Below, one piece after another: positions 49,997 to 62,254 of a stretch of DNA of 64,000 nucleotides. The DNA is from Hydrolagus colliei. Taxonomy: Eukaryota. The DNA is taken from NCBI GenBank assembly GCA_035084275.1, contig CM068778.1, positions 992,001 to 1,056,000 on the forward strand, written 5' to 3'. Every line of letters begins with the position of its first letter. The first letter of the stretch is position 1. The notes beneath the pieces were generated by a model. It worked only from the letters and a program-made list of their open reading frames with translations, was not told where the DNA came from and did no database searches. The position numbers were made by a program, and so were the translations under genes.

Positions 49997-51754
49997 TACA
50001 ACAACAAATTACATTTATAGAGCGCCTTTCACGTCGGGAGGACGTCCCAAGGCGCTGCACAGGATGCGTGTGACCCGAGCTGAGTTAAAAGGGAGTGTTT
50101 GGGAAGGGGGGGAGACACGAAGGGGAGGTCGAAAAATTCGGGGTGGAACAACAGGCACGGTCGAAGAGGAAAGTCTTCAAACCGGCCTTGAAAGAGGAAA
50201 GGGAAGAAACGAGACAGAGGGTTTGGAGGATGGTATTCCATAGGGTGGGAGCGGAGAAACTGAAGGCCCGGCCTCCCATGGTGGGGCGGTTCGGGCGGGG
50301 GGCTTGGAGCAGGCCAAGTCCTGTTGAACGGAGGGTCCGGGTGGGCTTGTAGGGGGAAAATAGATTGGTTAAATAGGGCGGGGCAAGGCTGTGTAAGGCC
50401 TTGAAGGTGAGGACGAGGATCTTGAACTCGATCCTCTGGAGAATGGGGAGCGAATGAAGACGGGCGAGGGTGGGGGTTATGTGGTCGCGGAGGCGGGTGC
50501 AGGATAATACACGGGCTGCAGAGTTTCGGATGACCTGCAGCCTGTGAATGGAGGAACTGGGGAGGCCAACGAGGAGTTTCCGTAGTCCAGCCTTGAGGTG
50601 ATGTATGCATGCACGAGTGTTTCGGCAGCGCGGGGGGTAAGATAATTGCGGAGCCTGGCAATGTTGCGCAGGTGGAAATAAGCGGTGCCGGTCAAGGCGC
50701 GGATGTGGGGGAGGAAGGAGAGTTTTTGATCAAATATGATGCCGAGGTTCCTGATTGGCTTTGTGAGGTGGAGAGTACAGCCTTGGATGTTGAGGCTGGC
50801 AGCGCCCGATGTGCGGAGGCGCTGGCTTGAGCCAATCAGGAGGGCCTCGGTCTTACTCACGTTCAATTGCAGGAAGTTGTCCCTCGTCCAGCACTCGATG
50901 TCGGACAGACATGCTGTCAGAACATCGATGGTCTGGGGGTTGAGGGATGAGGCAGAAAGGTACACCTGGGTGTCGTTCGCATACATGTGGAAATTTACCC
51001 CATGTTTGCGGATGACATCGCCCAGAGGCAACGTGTAAAGGGTGAAAAGGAGGGGGCCTAGGACAGAGCCCTGAGGGACACCGTGAGAAACTGTGCTGGG
51101 GTTTGAGGAAAAGCCGTTGGAAGAAACAAAGTGTAAACGGTGGGTCAAGTAGGAATGGAACCAGTCAAGGACTGTGCCTTGAAGGTTGAGGTGGGAGGAA
51201 AGACGTTGGAGGAGGATGGTGTGATCGACTGTGTCGAACGCAGCAGACAGGTCAAGGAGGACGAGGAGGCAGAGGGAGCCCTCGTCACAGGCGGTTAAGA
51301 TGCCATTTGTAACCTTAACCAGGGCAGTTTCTGTGCTGTGAATAGGGCGGAAACTTGATTGGAGCGGTTCAAGGAGTGAGTGAGTTGAAAGGAAAGAGCG
51401 GAGCTGGGAGGCAACCACTCTTTCAAGGACCTTGGATAAAAACAGGAGGTTGGAGATGGGTCGATAGCTTGATGGTTGCGACGCATCAAGGGAGGGTTTC
51501 TTCAGGATAGGGGTGATGGTGGCTGTTTTAAGGGAGGTAGGGATGGTGCCTGAGGAGAGGGAAAGGTTGATGATGTCAGAAATGAACGGGGCCAAAAGGT
51601 GGAGCTGGGTGTGGAGGAGGGGAGTGGGGATTGGGTCCAATGAGCACGTGGTGGGTTTCATGGAGGTGATTATTTTTGTGACTGAAAATGGGGTGGTGGG
51701 GTTGAAAGTGTGAAATGGGGGGTGAGTAGTGGTTGAGGTAACTGATGAGGGCGC
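49997..51754 (-). mobile_element. L2-clade LINE, 5'-truncated, RT domain with inactivating YADD>YAND change
   Basis: ORF 50477..51832: YRPISNL, QSSFR, LLDLSAAFDTVDH, GVPQGSVLGP, FHMYANDTQVY; L2 tail GAAAGGCGCTCTATAAATGTAATTTGTTG. Confidence 0.93.
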
Positions 51755-52448
51755 AGAGAGACAAGGGGGGGTCAGGGACACACACACAGCCACATACACC
51801 CTCTCACACACACAGATACAGCCGGCACTCACACCCAGGCCTTCCTACAGGGGGATAAGAGGGGGGGGGTCAGCGACACACCCACACACACATACACACA
51901 AAGCAGCTACACAGCAGCACACTCATCCTCACACCAGGACAGGGAAGACAGGGGGGGGTGGGGAATTATTAGGGAGATGCACACACACATACAGCCACTC
52001 AACCTCACAATAGGTCATCTTATAGGGAGTCAAGGTATTGGGGATTGAGGGAGACACACACACATACAGACACAAACAGTGATACACATACACTCTCACA
52101 CCAGGACCCCGTACAGGGAGACAAGGGGTTGGGGGTTCAGGAAGACACACACACACACACTCTCACAGAGACACACACACTCATACACACACAGCAGGGA
52201 AACACACAAACAAAAACAAACTCACCCATACATATACCCTCACACACAGAGATACAGCCACACACACACACAGCCTACATAGACACTCACACCAGGGCCC
52301 CGACAGGGAGGCAAGGGTGTCAGGGACACACACACAGCCATATACACGCACAACCAGACTCACCCTCACACCAGCAGACCCTACACGGAAACAAAGGGGG
52401 GTCAGGGCCACACACACACACAGCCGCCACACTCAACACCAGGACCAC

Positions 52449-53138
52449 AAGACCATAAGAATCAGGAGCAGGAGCAGGCCATTCAGCCCCTTGAGCCTGC
52501 CCCGCCATTCAATAAGATCATGGCTAATCTTCTCACCTAACTCTGATTACCTGCTCCATCCCCCAATCCCTCTATTTTTCAAAAATCTCTCAGTCTCAGC
52601 CTTGAAAATGTTGAAGGACTGCGCATCTACAGCTTTCCATAAATTCACTACCCTCTGAGTGAAGAAATGTTTCCTCAACTCTGTTCTAAAAGGCTGATCC
52701 TTAATTTTAAGACTGTGACCTCCTGGTTATAGATTCTCCTTCCAGGGGAAACAGTCCCTCAGTGTCTACTTTATCTAGCCCTTTAAGAATCTTATGTTTC
52801 AATAAGATCTCCCCTAATTCTTCTGTACTCTAGAGAATACAGCCCTAGTTTATTCAACCTATCCTCATAAGTCAGTCCCCTCATCCCAGGAACTAACCTA
52901 GTGAATCTACGCTGCCCCCCCCCCCCCCCCCCCCGCCCCCTCTAAGGCAAGTATGTCCTTTTTTAAATAAGGGTAGACCAAAACTGCACACAATACTCTA
53001 GGTGCGGTCTCACCAGGGCCCTATACAGTTGCAGCAAGACTTCCCTACTCTTATACTCTATAAACCATTTGAAATGAACGCTAGCATGCCGTTCGCCTTC
53101 TTAGTTGCTTGCTGCACCTGCAAACTAACTTTTTGAGA
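52449..53138 (-). mobile_element. CR1 family B 3' fragment
   Basis: Highly similar to 45117-45800. Confidence 0.88.
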
Positions 53139-53544
53139 CTGTGGGACCTCCTGTAGGGGGATAAGACACTCACACCAGGACCTACAGGGAAGTGAGGGGG
53201 GTGGTCAGGGAGACACACACAGACTCTCTCTGTCACTTCCCCCAACTTCTCTCTCTCTCTCTCACCTTCTCTCCCTTTGTCTCTCACCTTCTCTCTCACC
53301 TTCTCTCTCTCACTCTCACCTTCTCTCCCTTTGTCTCTCACCTTCTCTCTCTCTCTCACCTTCTCTCTCTCACTCTCTCTCACCTTCTCTCACCCTCTCT
53401 CTCACTTTCTCTCACTCTCTCTCGCCTTCTCCCACTCTCTCTCTCTCTCTCACTTTCTCTCACTCTCTCTCGCCTTCTCTCACTCTCTCTCTCTCTCACC
53501 TTCTCTCACTCTCTCTCAGCTTCTCTCTCTCTCTCTCCCTGTAC

Positions 53545-53800
53545 CTCAGGCTGCACAGAGACAACTCTCACCTTCCCGTCTCTGTCGCCGCCATCGGGGA
53601 CACTGATCACGTGACCTGTTGACGCAATTTGATGACGCGTCTTGCCTGCGCGCACCGTGTCTCCAATGGTAACCAGTGATTGACAGGAGAGTGGGAAACC
53701 CGCGTTTCCCTGGTAACCAGTGATTGACAGGAGAGAGAAACCCGCGTTTCCCTGGTAACCAGTGATTGACAGGAGACGGAGACCCACCCACACGCCCTCC
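53545..53800 (-). promoter_or_regulatory. Promoter and probable exon 1 of the right ZNF gene, with three decamer/X-box units
   Basis: GGTAACCAGTGATTGACAGGAG at 53668, 53712 and 53754; E-box TCACGTGA; homologous to 8030-8230. Confidence 0.65.
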
Positions 53801-54094
53801 CCATGTTAATCACTGATACAGTCCTGAGTGGAGGGCAATGGGAGCAGGTTGTATTGTTAAGTATTGGTTATCACTGTGAATATTATTTTTGTCTCTATTA
53901 CTGTTATTATCTTATCTCTCTCATATTAGTGTTAAATTATCACATTTGTATATTACATTATTATGTTACTATGTTGTCATTCTATCACATATTGCTATTA
54001 CTAGATTATTATCATTATTACCCACATACACAACAATTGATGTTATGTATCACCCTCCAAGCATGATATTTCATGGTATATACTGTACTGTATT

Positions 54095-54385
54095 CAAAGC
54101 GCTTCACAGAATATACTGTAAAGTGAATTGACAATATATATATATATATAGATGGGCAAAACAAAGCAGCCAATTGCACACAGCATTGTCCTACAAACAG
54201 TCATAGATTGAAATTATTTTTTATAATATATCTTTTAATTGTTATTTATTTATTCCTATTTATTAATGATTATTTCTAAACTAATAACGATTTCAGTGCT
54301 ATTTAATTACTTTTTTTTTGTAGGGGTATTATTATTAGGCATGCGGAGACGGAAATTTGCCCAAGCTTGCAACCTGCCTGGAACT
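54095..54385 (-). mobile_element. tRNA-derived SINE (degraded)
   Basis: Same body (CAATTGGCTGC...TGTGAAGCGCTTTG) and a degenerate B-box region; its 3' part is shared with 7195-7360. Confidence 0.7.
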
Positions 54386-55989
54386 GAACCCAGTTCGCTG
54401 AGGATAATATGTGGTAACTCTGAACTAGTGGGATCCTGGGATGGTGACAAAATTGGAACCTGTTTCTCTCTCTGGCATCTTTTCACACTTTGGGTTTGGC
54501 AACACTATGTGTACTTCAAGCAGGATGTCTGACAAATTTACTCTTTGTAAACATATGAGCCAATCTGTGGATCACATTGTAGGTCGAGATTGGAAGTTGT
54601 TAGGAACAGAGAGGCTGAGGTTTGATGGGGACAGGATGGGGGAGATGTTGGTGGATTAATGTCGACTTAGTTCAGGATTGATACTTGTTTGAGTTTGTTC
54701 AGGGCTGAGAGATGCTTTCTGTCAGGGCTGTTTTGAAGCAGGTGACCCAAAGTCAATTTCCTAGCGACTGGCGTTGTGTAGTTGCCGAGAGTCAGTTTCT
54801 GTCAGCATTGGTTGAGGGCTGAGTTGCTTTAGTTGTTGAGTTGGTTGTGGGCTGAGAGTTGTTTCAGTTGATTGGATTCAGGGCTGAGTTGGTTTAGTCG
54901 TTGGGTTGACTGCTCTTTGTGAGTGAGATGGTACAATTTGTTGTATTTATGGATGAATTTCTCACACACTGTTTCATCATTTTGGGGTTTGATGAGGAAG
55001 CTCCTTTCTGTCAATTGTCGCTTGTCTAGGATCTCCTTGGTTATTCCGAAGTTGACCTGGAGCCCGTCCATGCCTGCGAGCGACCATGTTCACCACTGGG
55101 CTTCACCTCAATCGTCAACCGAAGGTACATGTGAAACTCGCGCCATTTTTCTTTCACTGTGGCTCTAGCACCTCGGGATTCGTGGAACATCAGGTGAGTG
55201 TAATAGTGGAAACGTCACGGTGCCAACTAAAGCTATTACACTCTTTCTCTCTCTTTGGCACCTTTCTGCATTCCAGTGGTTTGGCAAGATTATGTGGACT
55301 CCATGCAGGATGTCCGACGTCCGAACACATATGAGCCAATCTCTGGATCACAACAGCATCACGGAGATTGAGGTGAGGCACTATAGTTACATATTCGCTC
55401 GGACAGTTTCCATCCATGCTTTGTTCACATCCTTCCCTTATTGCTAGGCAGAATAATGATCTCTCTATTGGTACAGTACTGTATATATTTTTAATTGCAC
55501 TTCTGTCATTTGCTAACCGAAACAAAAAACAATCCTTTTTTTAATCCAAGTTCTCAAATTATCTCCCAACTCCATCCTATAATTTCTGTCCAAGTGGAGT
55601 CCTGCAGCTCAATTGCTGGCAAGTGAGAGAACAGGCTTCAATTTTTGGCCGGGCTGAATGTTAGCAAGTTTTCTTAATTCATGGGCTTCTGTTTACCCAC
55701 AGTAAATAGGAACCGTATTGTAATATTGTAGCGGTAATAATCCTTCCAAAAGAATCAATTGAGAAATGTTTGCCCCTCACATCCTCATGTATCTGCCATT
55801 TGTCCACTCGTAATTGAATCAATGGCATGTCAAATCATCTCCCATCTTTTATTGGCAAAATATGTTAAGTTATACGGCATGTTGAAATCACACAGTGATC
55901 TTTTCAAATATATTTTACTTTGAGGTATTCATTATGCTTATAGAATTTTATTAGAAGTAGGATATTTGTTGGTACTTGTTATGTGTGCA

Positions 55990-56410
55990 ACACTAGAACA
56001 ACAACATAATTGCTTGTATAGCGCCTTTCACATCGGGAGGATGTCCCAAAGTGCTGAACAGTCAGGTCGGGACCCGAGCAGGGTGGGAGAGGGTCGGGGT
56101 GGGGGGAAGGAGAGCGGGGAAGAGTTAGTGGGGGGGCCAAAAGCGTGGTCAAAGAGGAAGGTCTTGAGACCGGCCTTGAAAGAGGAAAGCAAGGAAGCGA
56201 GGGGGAGGGGCTGCAGGGATGGAGTTCCACAGTGTGGGAGCAGAGAGGCTGAGAGCCCGGCCACCGATGGTTGGGCGGTTAGGGCGGTGGAAGCGGAGCA
56301 GGCCTGAGTCTGCTGAGTGGAGGGTGCGGGCGGCAGATAGGGAAACAGTAGGTCAGAGAGATAGGCGGGTGCAAGGTCGTGAATGGCCTTGAAAGTGAGG
56401 ACGAGGATCA
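55990..56410 (-). mobile_element. L2-like 3' fragment
   Basis: ILVLTFKAIHDLAPAYLSDLL...SFKAGLKTFLF in ORF 56028..56411, followed by an L2 tail. Confidence 0.85.
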
Positions 56411-57648
56411 TTTACTAATTTACTATTTTAAAGCTACTATTGCTTTTACTATTCACTCCACTTTGTATAACCCTTTCGGGTTTTAACACCACAACTTCCT
56501 TTTTGACCACGCTCACAACTCAACTGCTCTTTTTACATAGATCTGTGTTAATAGCAACAACAACTTAGATTCATATAGCGCCCTCCATGCCGAACGGCAT
56601 CTAAGAGCCAACGTTAAGAGCTGCAGGATTCTATGATTGTGGAGAGAGCTAATGAATGAAATGACTTGTTGCCGGTTTAATTAGACTTGTAATCTAATTA
56701 ATTCTCCAAGAAGGGATTTCATGTGGTTCCAACTTTAGAAATTTCTTAAATCCAGTCTCCGCGGACTGGGCTGCAGAGAACTGGAGAGTCTGTAAGTTGT
56801 ACTCGATACTGTAGCAAATCCCGTGAACACACCTTTGGTGCAGACAACGCCAATATGAGAACTCTGTGGTCCATGTTGGTGATGGCTGCCCAGGAGAGTT
56901 AGCAGTGAAATTATGAAATTATTCCACAACATGTGGAATGTGGCAAGATGAAGCTGAGAAGGTCAAGGCAAGGATGTGGTCAGAGGGTGTGATGTGGTGC
57001 TCACAGGACAGTTGGCAGTCAACCAAGACACGGAATTTCAGTATCAGCTCTGTAAGGTGAATATAGTTTGACACTGCCAGTGCCTGTGTTGATTATGTGA
57101 TGAACAGGAGCCAGAAACTCTGGCCACAATCTTTCAATCTATTGAAGCAGGATAATGTTCAACTGTGGAAAGCTGCAGATCGTTCAGGACTTGTTGACTA
57201 AAAGGGCAGAACACCAGTGGTCAAGGAATCGAGGGTGGACGCAGTGATAGGATTAATAAAAATAATCGTCCTTGCGTTTGATACAGCACTGACCGGTGAG
57301 ATCATATGCATAGAGAAGAGGACATGGAATAAAGGACGCTGTGCCTGATTGCACAGGGTGCTGAGGATAAGAAGTAACATGGATAGGATCGAGTAAGGGA
57401 AGAATGAAATCAGGATGCAAAGACCTATTAAATTGGAACTGAATAGAGACAAACAGATTTTCGACGGTATCGAGAGCAGAAAGCTCGAGGTGAACAAGGA
57501 AGCAGAGAGAGCGCTGGTTGACGATGGACAGAATGCGACTTTATTCATCACAGTCATTGAATTTTCGGCTGGGAGGAAAATTATTTGAAAGAGAAAACGC
57601 AGGGAATGCCGGAAAACAAACAAAATGAAATATGCATTCGGTTGTACA

Positions 57649-57906
57649 GGAGTCCCTGTAGCTCAGTGGTTAGAGCACTCGCCTTACAAGCATGAGACTT
57701 GTGTTCGAATCCAGGCAGGGCAAAACTGTAGGTAAGTGTCCTTGCTTCACATGCCTAATAATAATCCCTCAATTTTTTTTTATTTGTCATTTCAATCCAC
57801 AACTGCTTGTGGGATGCTGCTGTGCGCAATTGGCTGCTGTGTGTCATCCACAAATATACAGTCAATTCCCTTTATAGTATATTCTGTGAAACGTTTTGAG
57901 ACATCT
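57649..57906 (+). mobile_element. tRNA-derived SINE truncating the Ig CH2 exon
   Basis: GGAGTCCCTGTAGCTCAGTGGTTAGAGC, GTTCGAATCC. Confidence 0.88.
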
Positions 57907-58563
57907 CTTTGTCCGGATGGAAACCGGATATTAAGGAGACAGCAGTGGCCTGTTTTTTCAGGGTAATGTCTTCAGGAGAAGTCTGTGTGATGATCACAAC
58001 CGGGGGCTATGGATCCTGGGGTAACTCAACTGCAAGACATTATACAACAGGTTATGGTTTGTTAGATAGTTTTTGTTGTGTACAATTGATATTAATATTG
58101 AAACAGACATTTATCTCAGCCATGACGTGGACAGTTCTGCCTCATTGACTTGTCCATTTTGGTCTTCCCAGTAAAGACCCCCTTTGAGATAGACCCTCTC
58201 CTTCAGTGTTGAATGTTCTCCCCTGAATGATGTGGGAGTGACATGTTCTGTACCTTAAAACACAAAACCAACCTGGCAGAGGGATTTCCACGTCTTGCCA
58301 GTTGCTGCTTTTAACTTTACAATGAATGTTGCTGTTGTCCATCTGAGATGCAGTGATTGTTAACTGGCTGCTCAGAGTGTAGAGACCGTTCATGTTGAGC
58401 ACTGAGGGATAAGCCTTGACTTGGTCAGTGATGGAACGTCCTTTTGACGTCCGGCTAAAAGTGGCCGGCTCGGGGATGTAGTTGGTGGCCAGACACCCGA
58501 AAGTCACTGAGCTTCCAGAAGCGGATGGTAGCAGGGCATAAAGACTGGGAGGACTAGGGACAG
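57907..58563 (-). pseudogene. Immunoglobulin heavy-chain constant region remnant (IgM-like CH1 exon 58273-58563; disrupted CH2 exon 57907-58029)
   Basis: TTTCCAG|CT VPSPPSLYALLPSASGSSVTFGCLATNYIPEPATFSRTSKGRSITDQVKAYPSVLNMNGLYTLSSQLTITASQMDNSNIHCKVKSSNWQDVEIPLP G|GTTGGT (291 nt, phase 1-1); next exon CTTGCAG|TT ELPQDP*PPVVIITQTSPEDITLKKQATAVSLISGFHPD has a stop and C>S. Confidence 0.85.
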
Positions 58564-59129
58564 CTGGAAACTGAGAGCGAAGCTACATTCCAGGTTCTCC
58601 AATTTGGTCAAACACACTGATAAATTGCTATAAACCTGTGACACAAATGAATACAGGTAGGTGTGTATATGCATGTGTGTGTGTGTGTGTGTATGTGTTT
58701 AGTTGTGTAAAAATGAGTATATGTACGTGTGTATCTATGTAGTTAGGCAGGCAGGTAAGTAGGTACATACATATCTATGTATATGTTTGTATGTTTAAGT
58801 GCTCTGAGATGCCATCCGGCGTGGAGGGCGCTATATAAATCAAAGTTGTTGTTTATTAATATGTGTTTGTGTGTAGATATGAATGCGTGTATATGTGTGT
58901 ACACAGCTTGGGTCTGAAACATTGATTGTCCAGTGCCTTGAGATGTGCTCCCAACGAGAAAGGCCAGGAGGACAACCCAAGGCACTGGACATCCCAAGGC
59001 ACTGGACAATCAAAGTTTTCTTACTTCACTCACCTGGTAATAATCCCATAAAGCAAAAATAAATTGGTAATTTCAAACCAATCGTGGGACACTGCAGTAC
59101 GCAATTGGCTGCCACATTTGATAATTTAG

Positions 59130-59960
59130 CTTAATATATTAAATTTGCTGATGACACGAAACTAGGAGGAAACGTTAACACCATGGATGACATTTTTTTT
59201 TAAATGAAGCACGATAGAGATAGGTTAGGTCAATGGGCAGGTAGGTGGCAGATGAAATATAACATAAGGAAGTGCGAAGCCATCCACCTAGGTGGCAAAA
59301 ACAGCAGCATGATTTTTTTTTGAGAGGGGGAGAGATTGGAAAGTGTTACGTCCAGAGGGCCTTGGGTGTCCTTGTACAACAAACGCAGAAAGTTAGTGTG
59401 CAGGTGCCGCAGGCAATTAGGAAGGCTAATGCTTTGTTAGCTTTCATTATGAAAGGATTAGAGTATAAGTGTAGGGACGTCGTCCTGCAGCTGTATAGGG
59501 CTGCAGCTGGAATACTGTGTGCAGTTTTGGTCTCTTTATTCAAGGAAGAATGTACTTGCCTTGGAGGGAGTGCAGCGTAAGTTTACTAGGTTAGTACCTG
59601 GAATGAGGGAGATGAGCTATGATGATAGATTGATTAATTTGAGCCTATAACCTCTGGAATATAGAAGAACTAGAGGGAATCTTATACAAGCCTGTAAGAT
59701 TATTAACGGGCACGACAAAGTAGATAGTGAGAGATTGTTTCCCTTGGCTGGAGAAACTAAAACCAGGGATCACAGTCTGAACGTTAGGGGTCAACCCTTT
59801 CGGACTGAGATGAGAAAAAATTTCTTCACTCAGAAGGTAGTGAATCTATGGAATTCTCTAACCCAAAGGGCTGTGGATGCTCACTCCTTGAACTTATTTA
59901 AGACTGTAGTAATAGATTTCTTATGGATCAAGGGTTTAAGAGATAAGGGAAATGAGGTAG
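59130..59960 (+). mobile_element. Degraded CR1 family B RT C-terminal fragment (probable 3' UTR continuation at 62255-62373)
   Basis: [19 protein letters not shown]-like and RTEMRKNFFTQKVVNLWNSL segments. Confidence 0.8.
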
Positions 59961-62254
59961 GGCAAGTTCAACAGGTTTCTGTAGGTGAGCATCTAGGGAA
60001 TAGTGACCACAATATCGTTAGATTCAGAATAATTATGGAAAGGGATAAGGAACGATCACAGGTGAGGACACTCAACTGGAAAAGAGCTAATTTCAATGAG
60101 TTGAGGTGGGACCTAGCCAAGGTGGATTGGAAAGAAAAATTGGCAGGTAAGACAACTAACGAGCAGTGGGCAGCGTTCAAAGAGGAGATAGTTCAGGCAT
60201 AGGTCAAAAGCATCCCCACAAAGGTGAAATGTAAGGCATCCAAACCTCCCTGGATGACTAAGGAAATCGGGGCCAAAATAAAACAAAAAAAAGAGGCTTA
60301 TGATAAGTGTCAGGCTCAAAATTCAGAAGGGAACCAAGCAGAATATAGGAAGTGTAGGATAGAACTTAAAAGGAAGTTGGAGGGTCAAAGAGACTGCATG
60401 AAAAACAATTAGCGAGTAAGATTAAGGGGAACCCTAAGGTTTTTTAACAACATATTAAGAGTAGAAGGTTGATCAAGCATAGGGTGGGGCCAATTAGGGA
60501 CCGAGGAGGAAATCTCATGGTGGAGGCAGAGGGCATGGCTGATGTACTGAATGAGTACTTCGCCTCTGTCTTCACAAAAGAAAAGGATACAGCCAATGCC
60601 ATGGTATTGGAGGAGAGGGTAGGAGAAATGGATAGAATAATTATAACCAGAGAGGAAGTTCTAAAAAGGTTGACGTCGCTCAAGGTGGATAAGTCACCTG
60701 GTCCGGATGGGATGCACCCTAGGTTACTAAGGGAGGCACGGGAGCAAATAGCAGGGACTCTGGCCACGATCTTTCAATCTTCCTTGGACGCAGGGGTCGT
60801 GCCAGAGGACTGGAGGATAGCTAATGTTACTCCCTTGTACAAAAAGGGGCAGAAGGACAAGCCTGTAACTACAGACCAGTCAGTCTAACGTCGGTAGTGG
60901 GCAAACTTCTAGAGTCCATCATCAGGGACAAGGTAGATCTTCACTTAGAAAGATATAGGCTAATAAAGGACAGTCAACATGGATTTGTTAAAGGCAAATC
61001 TTGCCTTACAAATCTGATAGAATTTTTTGATGAGGTAACGGAATGGGTGGATAATGGTAGCGCAGTTGATGTAGTTTACATGGACTTTCAAAAGGCATTT
61101 GACAAAGTGCCACATGAGAGACTTATTAGGAAATTAAAGGCCCATGGCGTAAAAGGGACAGTGGCAGCGTGGATCCACAACTGGCTGCGAGACAGAAAGC
61201 AGAGAGTTGTAGTGAGCGGCTGTTTTTCAGACTGGAGGGAAGTGAGCAGTGGTGTGCCACAGGGATCAGTTTTGGGACCATTGCTGTTTGTAATCTACAT
61301 CAATGATCTGGACTTGGGTGTACGGAGTACAGTTTCCAAGTTTGCAGATTACACTAAGTTAGGGAGAATAGTAAATAGTGAGGAGGATAGTAGCCATCTG
61401 CAAGAGGATATGGACAAATTGGTAAAGTGGGCAGACACATGGCAGATGAAGTTTAATGCAGAGAAGTGTGAGGTGATGCATTTTGGGAGAAGAAATGAAG
61501 GGAGGCAATATAGGCTAGATAGTACAATTTTAAATGGTGTGAATGAACAGAGAGACCTGGGGACTCGTTGAAGGTGGCAGGACAGGTAGACAAGGCTGTT
61601 AAGAAGGCATATGAGATACTAGGCTTTATAAATAGGGGTATAGAGTACAAAAGTCAGGAAGTGCTGACAAACCTCTATAAGACTTTGGTTAGGCCTCAGC
61701 TGGAATACTGTGTTCAATTCTGGTCACCACACTACAGAAAGGATGTGAAGGCATTGGAAAGGGTACAACGAAGATTTACTAGGATGGTGCCAGGATTGAG
61801 GGACTTCAGCTATGAGGAGAGGCTAGATAGGCTAGGGTTATTCTCTCTGGAGCAGAGAAGATTGAGGGGAGACCTAATAGAGGTTTATAAGATCATGAGG
61901 GGTTTCGACAGGGCAAATAGAGAAAAACTATTTCCACTCGTGGGCGATTCTGTGACTCGTGGTCACAGATTTAAAATAGTTTCAAGGTGAAGTTGAGGGG
62001 AGCTGAGGAGAAATTTTTTCACTCAGCGAGTTGTTCGAATCTGGAATGCATTGCCTGAAAAGGTGGTGGAGGCTGATTCGATAACAACTTTTAAAAGGGA
62101 ATTAGATCTTTATTTAGGGAGAACAGGTCTATTAGGCTATGGGGAGCGGGCAGGGCAGTGGGATTGAATCGCTCTTTTCAAAGAGCCGGCACAGACTAGA
62201 TGGGCCGAATGGCCTCCTTTTGTGCCGTAAAATTCTATGAATCTATGAATCTAT
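59961..62254 (+). mobile_element. CR1 family A LINE, 5'-truncated (~2.3 kb), ORF2 broken by stops and frameshifts
   Basis: EHLGNSDHN (endonuclease end), KSPGPDGMHPR, QHGFVKGKSCLTNL, GVPQGSVLGP, FADYTKL; (AATCTATG)n tail. Confidence 0.95.

Larger units (their letters stand above)
49140..53200. repeat. Compound CA/G-rich satellite with ~30-bp core CTCACACCAGGACCCC(T/G)ACAGGGAGACAAG, interrupted by L2 and CR1
   Basis: About 15 degenerate cores by eye (e.g. 49180, 49720, 49825, 52095, 52285); about 5-6 in the left arm (8380-9085). Confidence 0.75.
35136..54230 (-). repeat. Right arm of the inverted segmental duplication
   Basis: Reverse-complement collinear with 7195-21130; about 5 kb longer owing to CR1, L2, hAT and SINE insertions and satellite expansion. 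Confidence 0.95.

Noticed and set aside
48059-53614. Long Pro/Ser/His/Thr/Leu-rich ORFs in 48-53 kb (and 7.6-9.2 kb, 20.1-20.8 kb)
   Set aside because: Translations of C-rich, CA and GA simple repeats.
57198-57640. ORF 57198..57623 and the opposite-strand frame as a gene or transposase
   Set aside because: No motif recognised apart from a short L2-like ITASTLDS stretch; probably decayed repeat.
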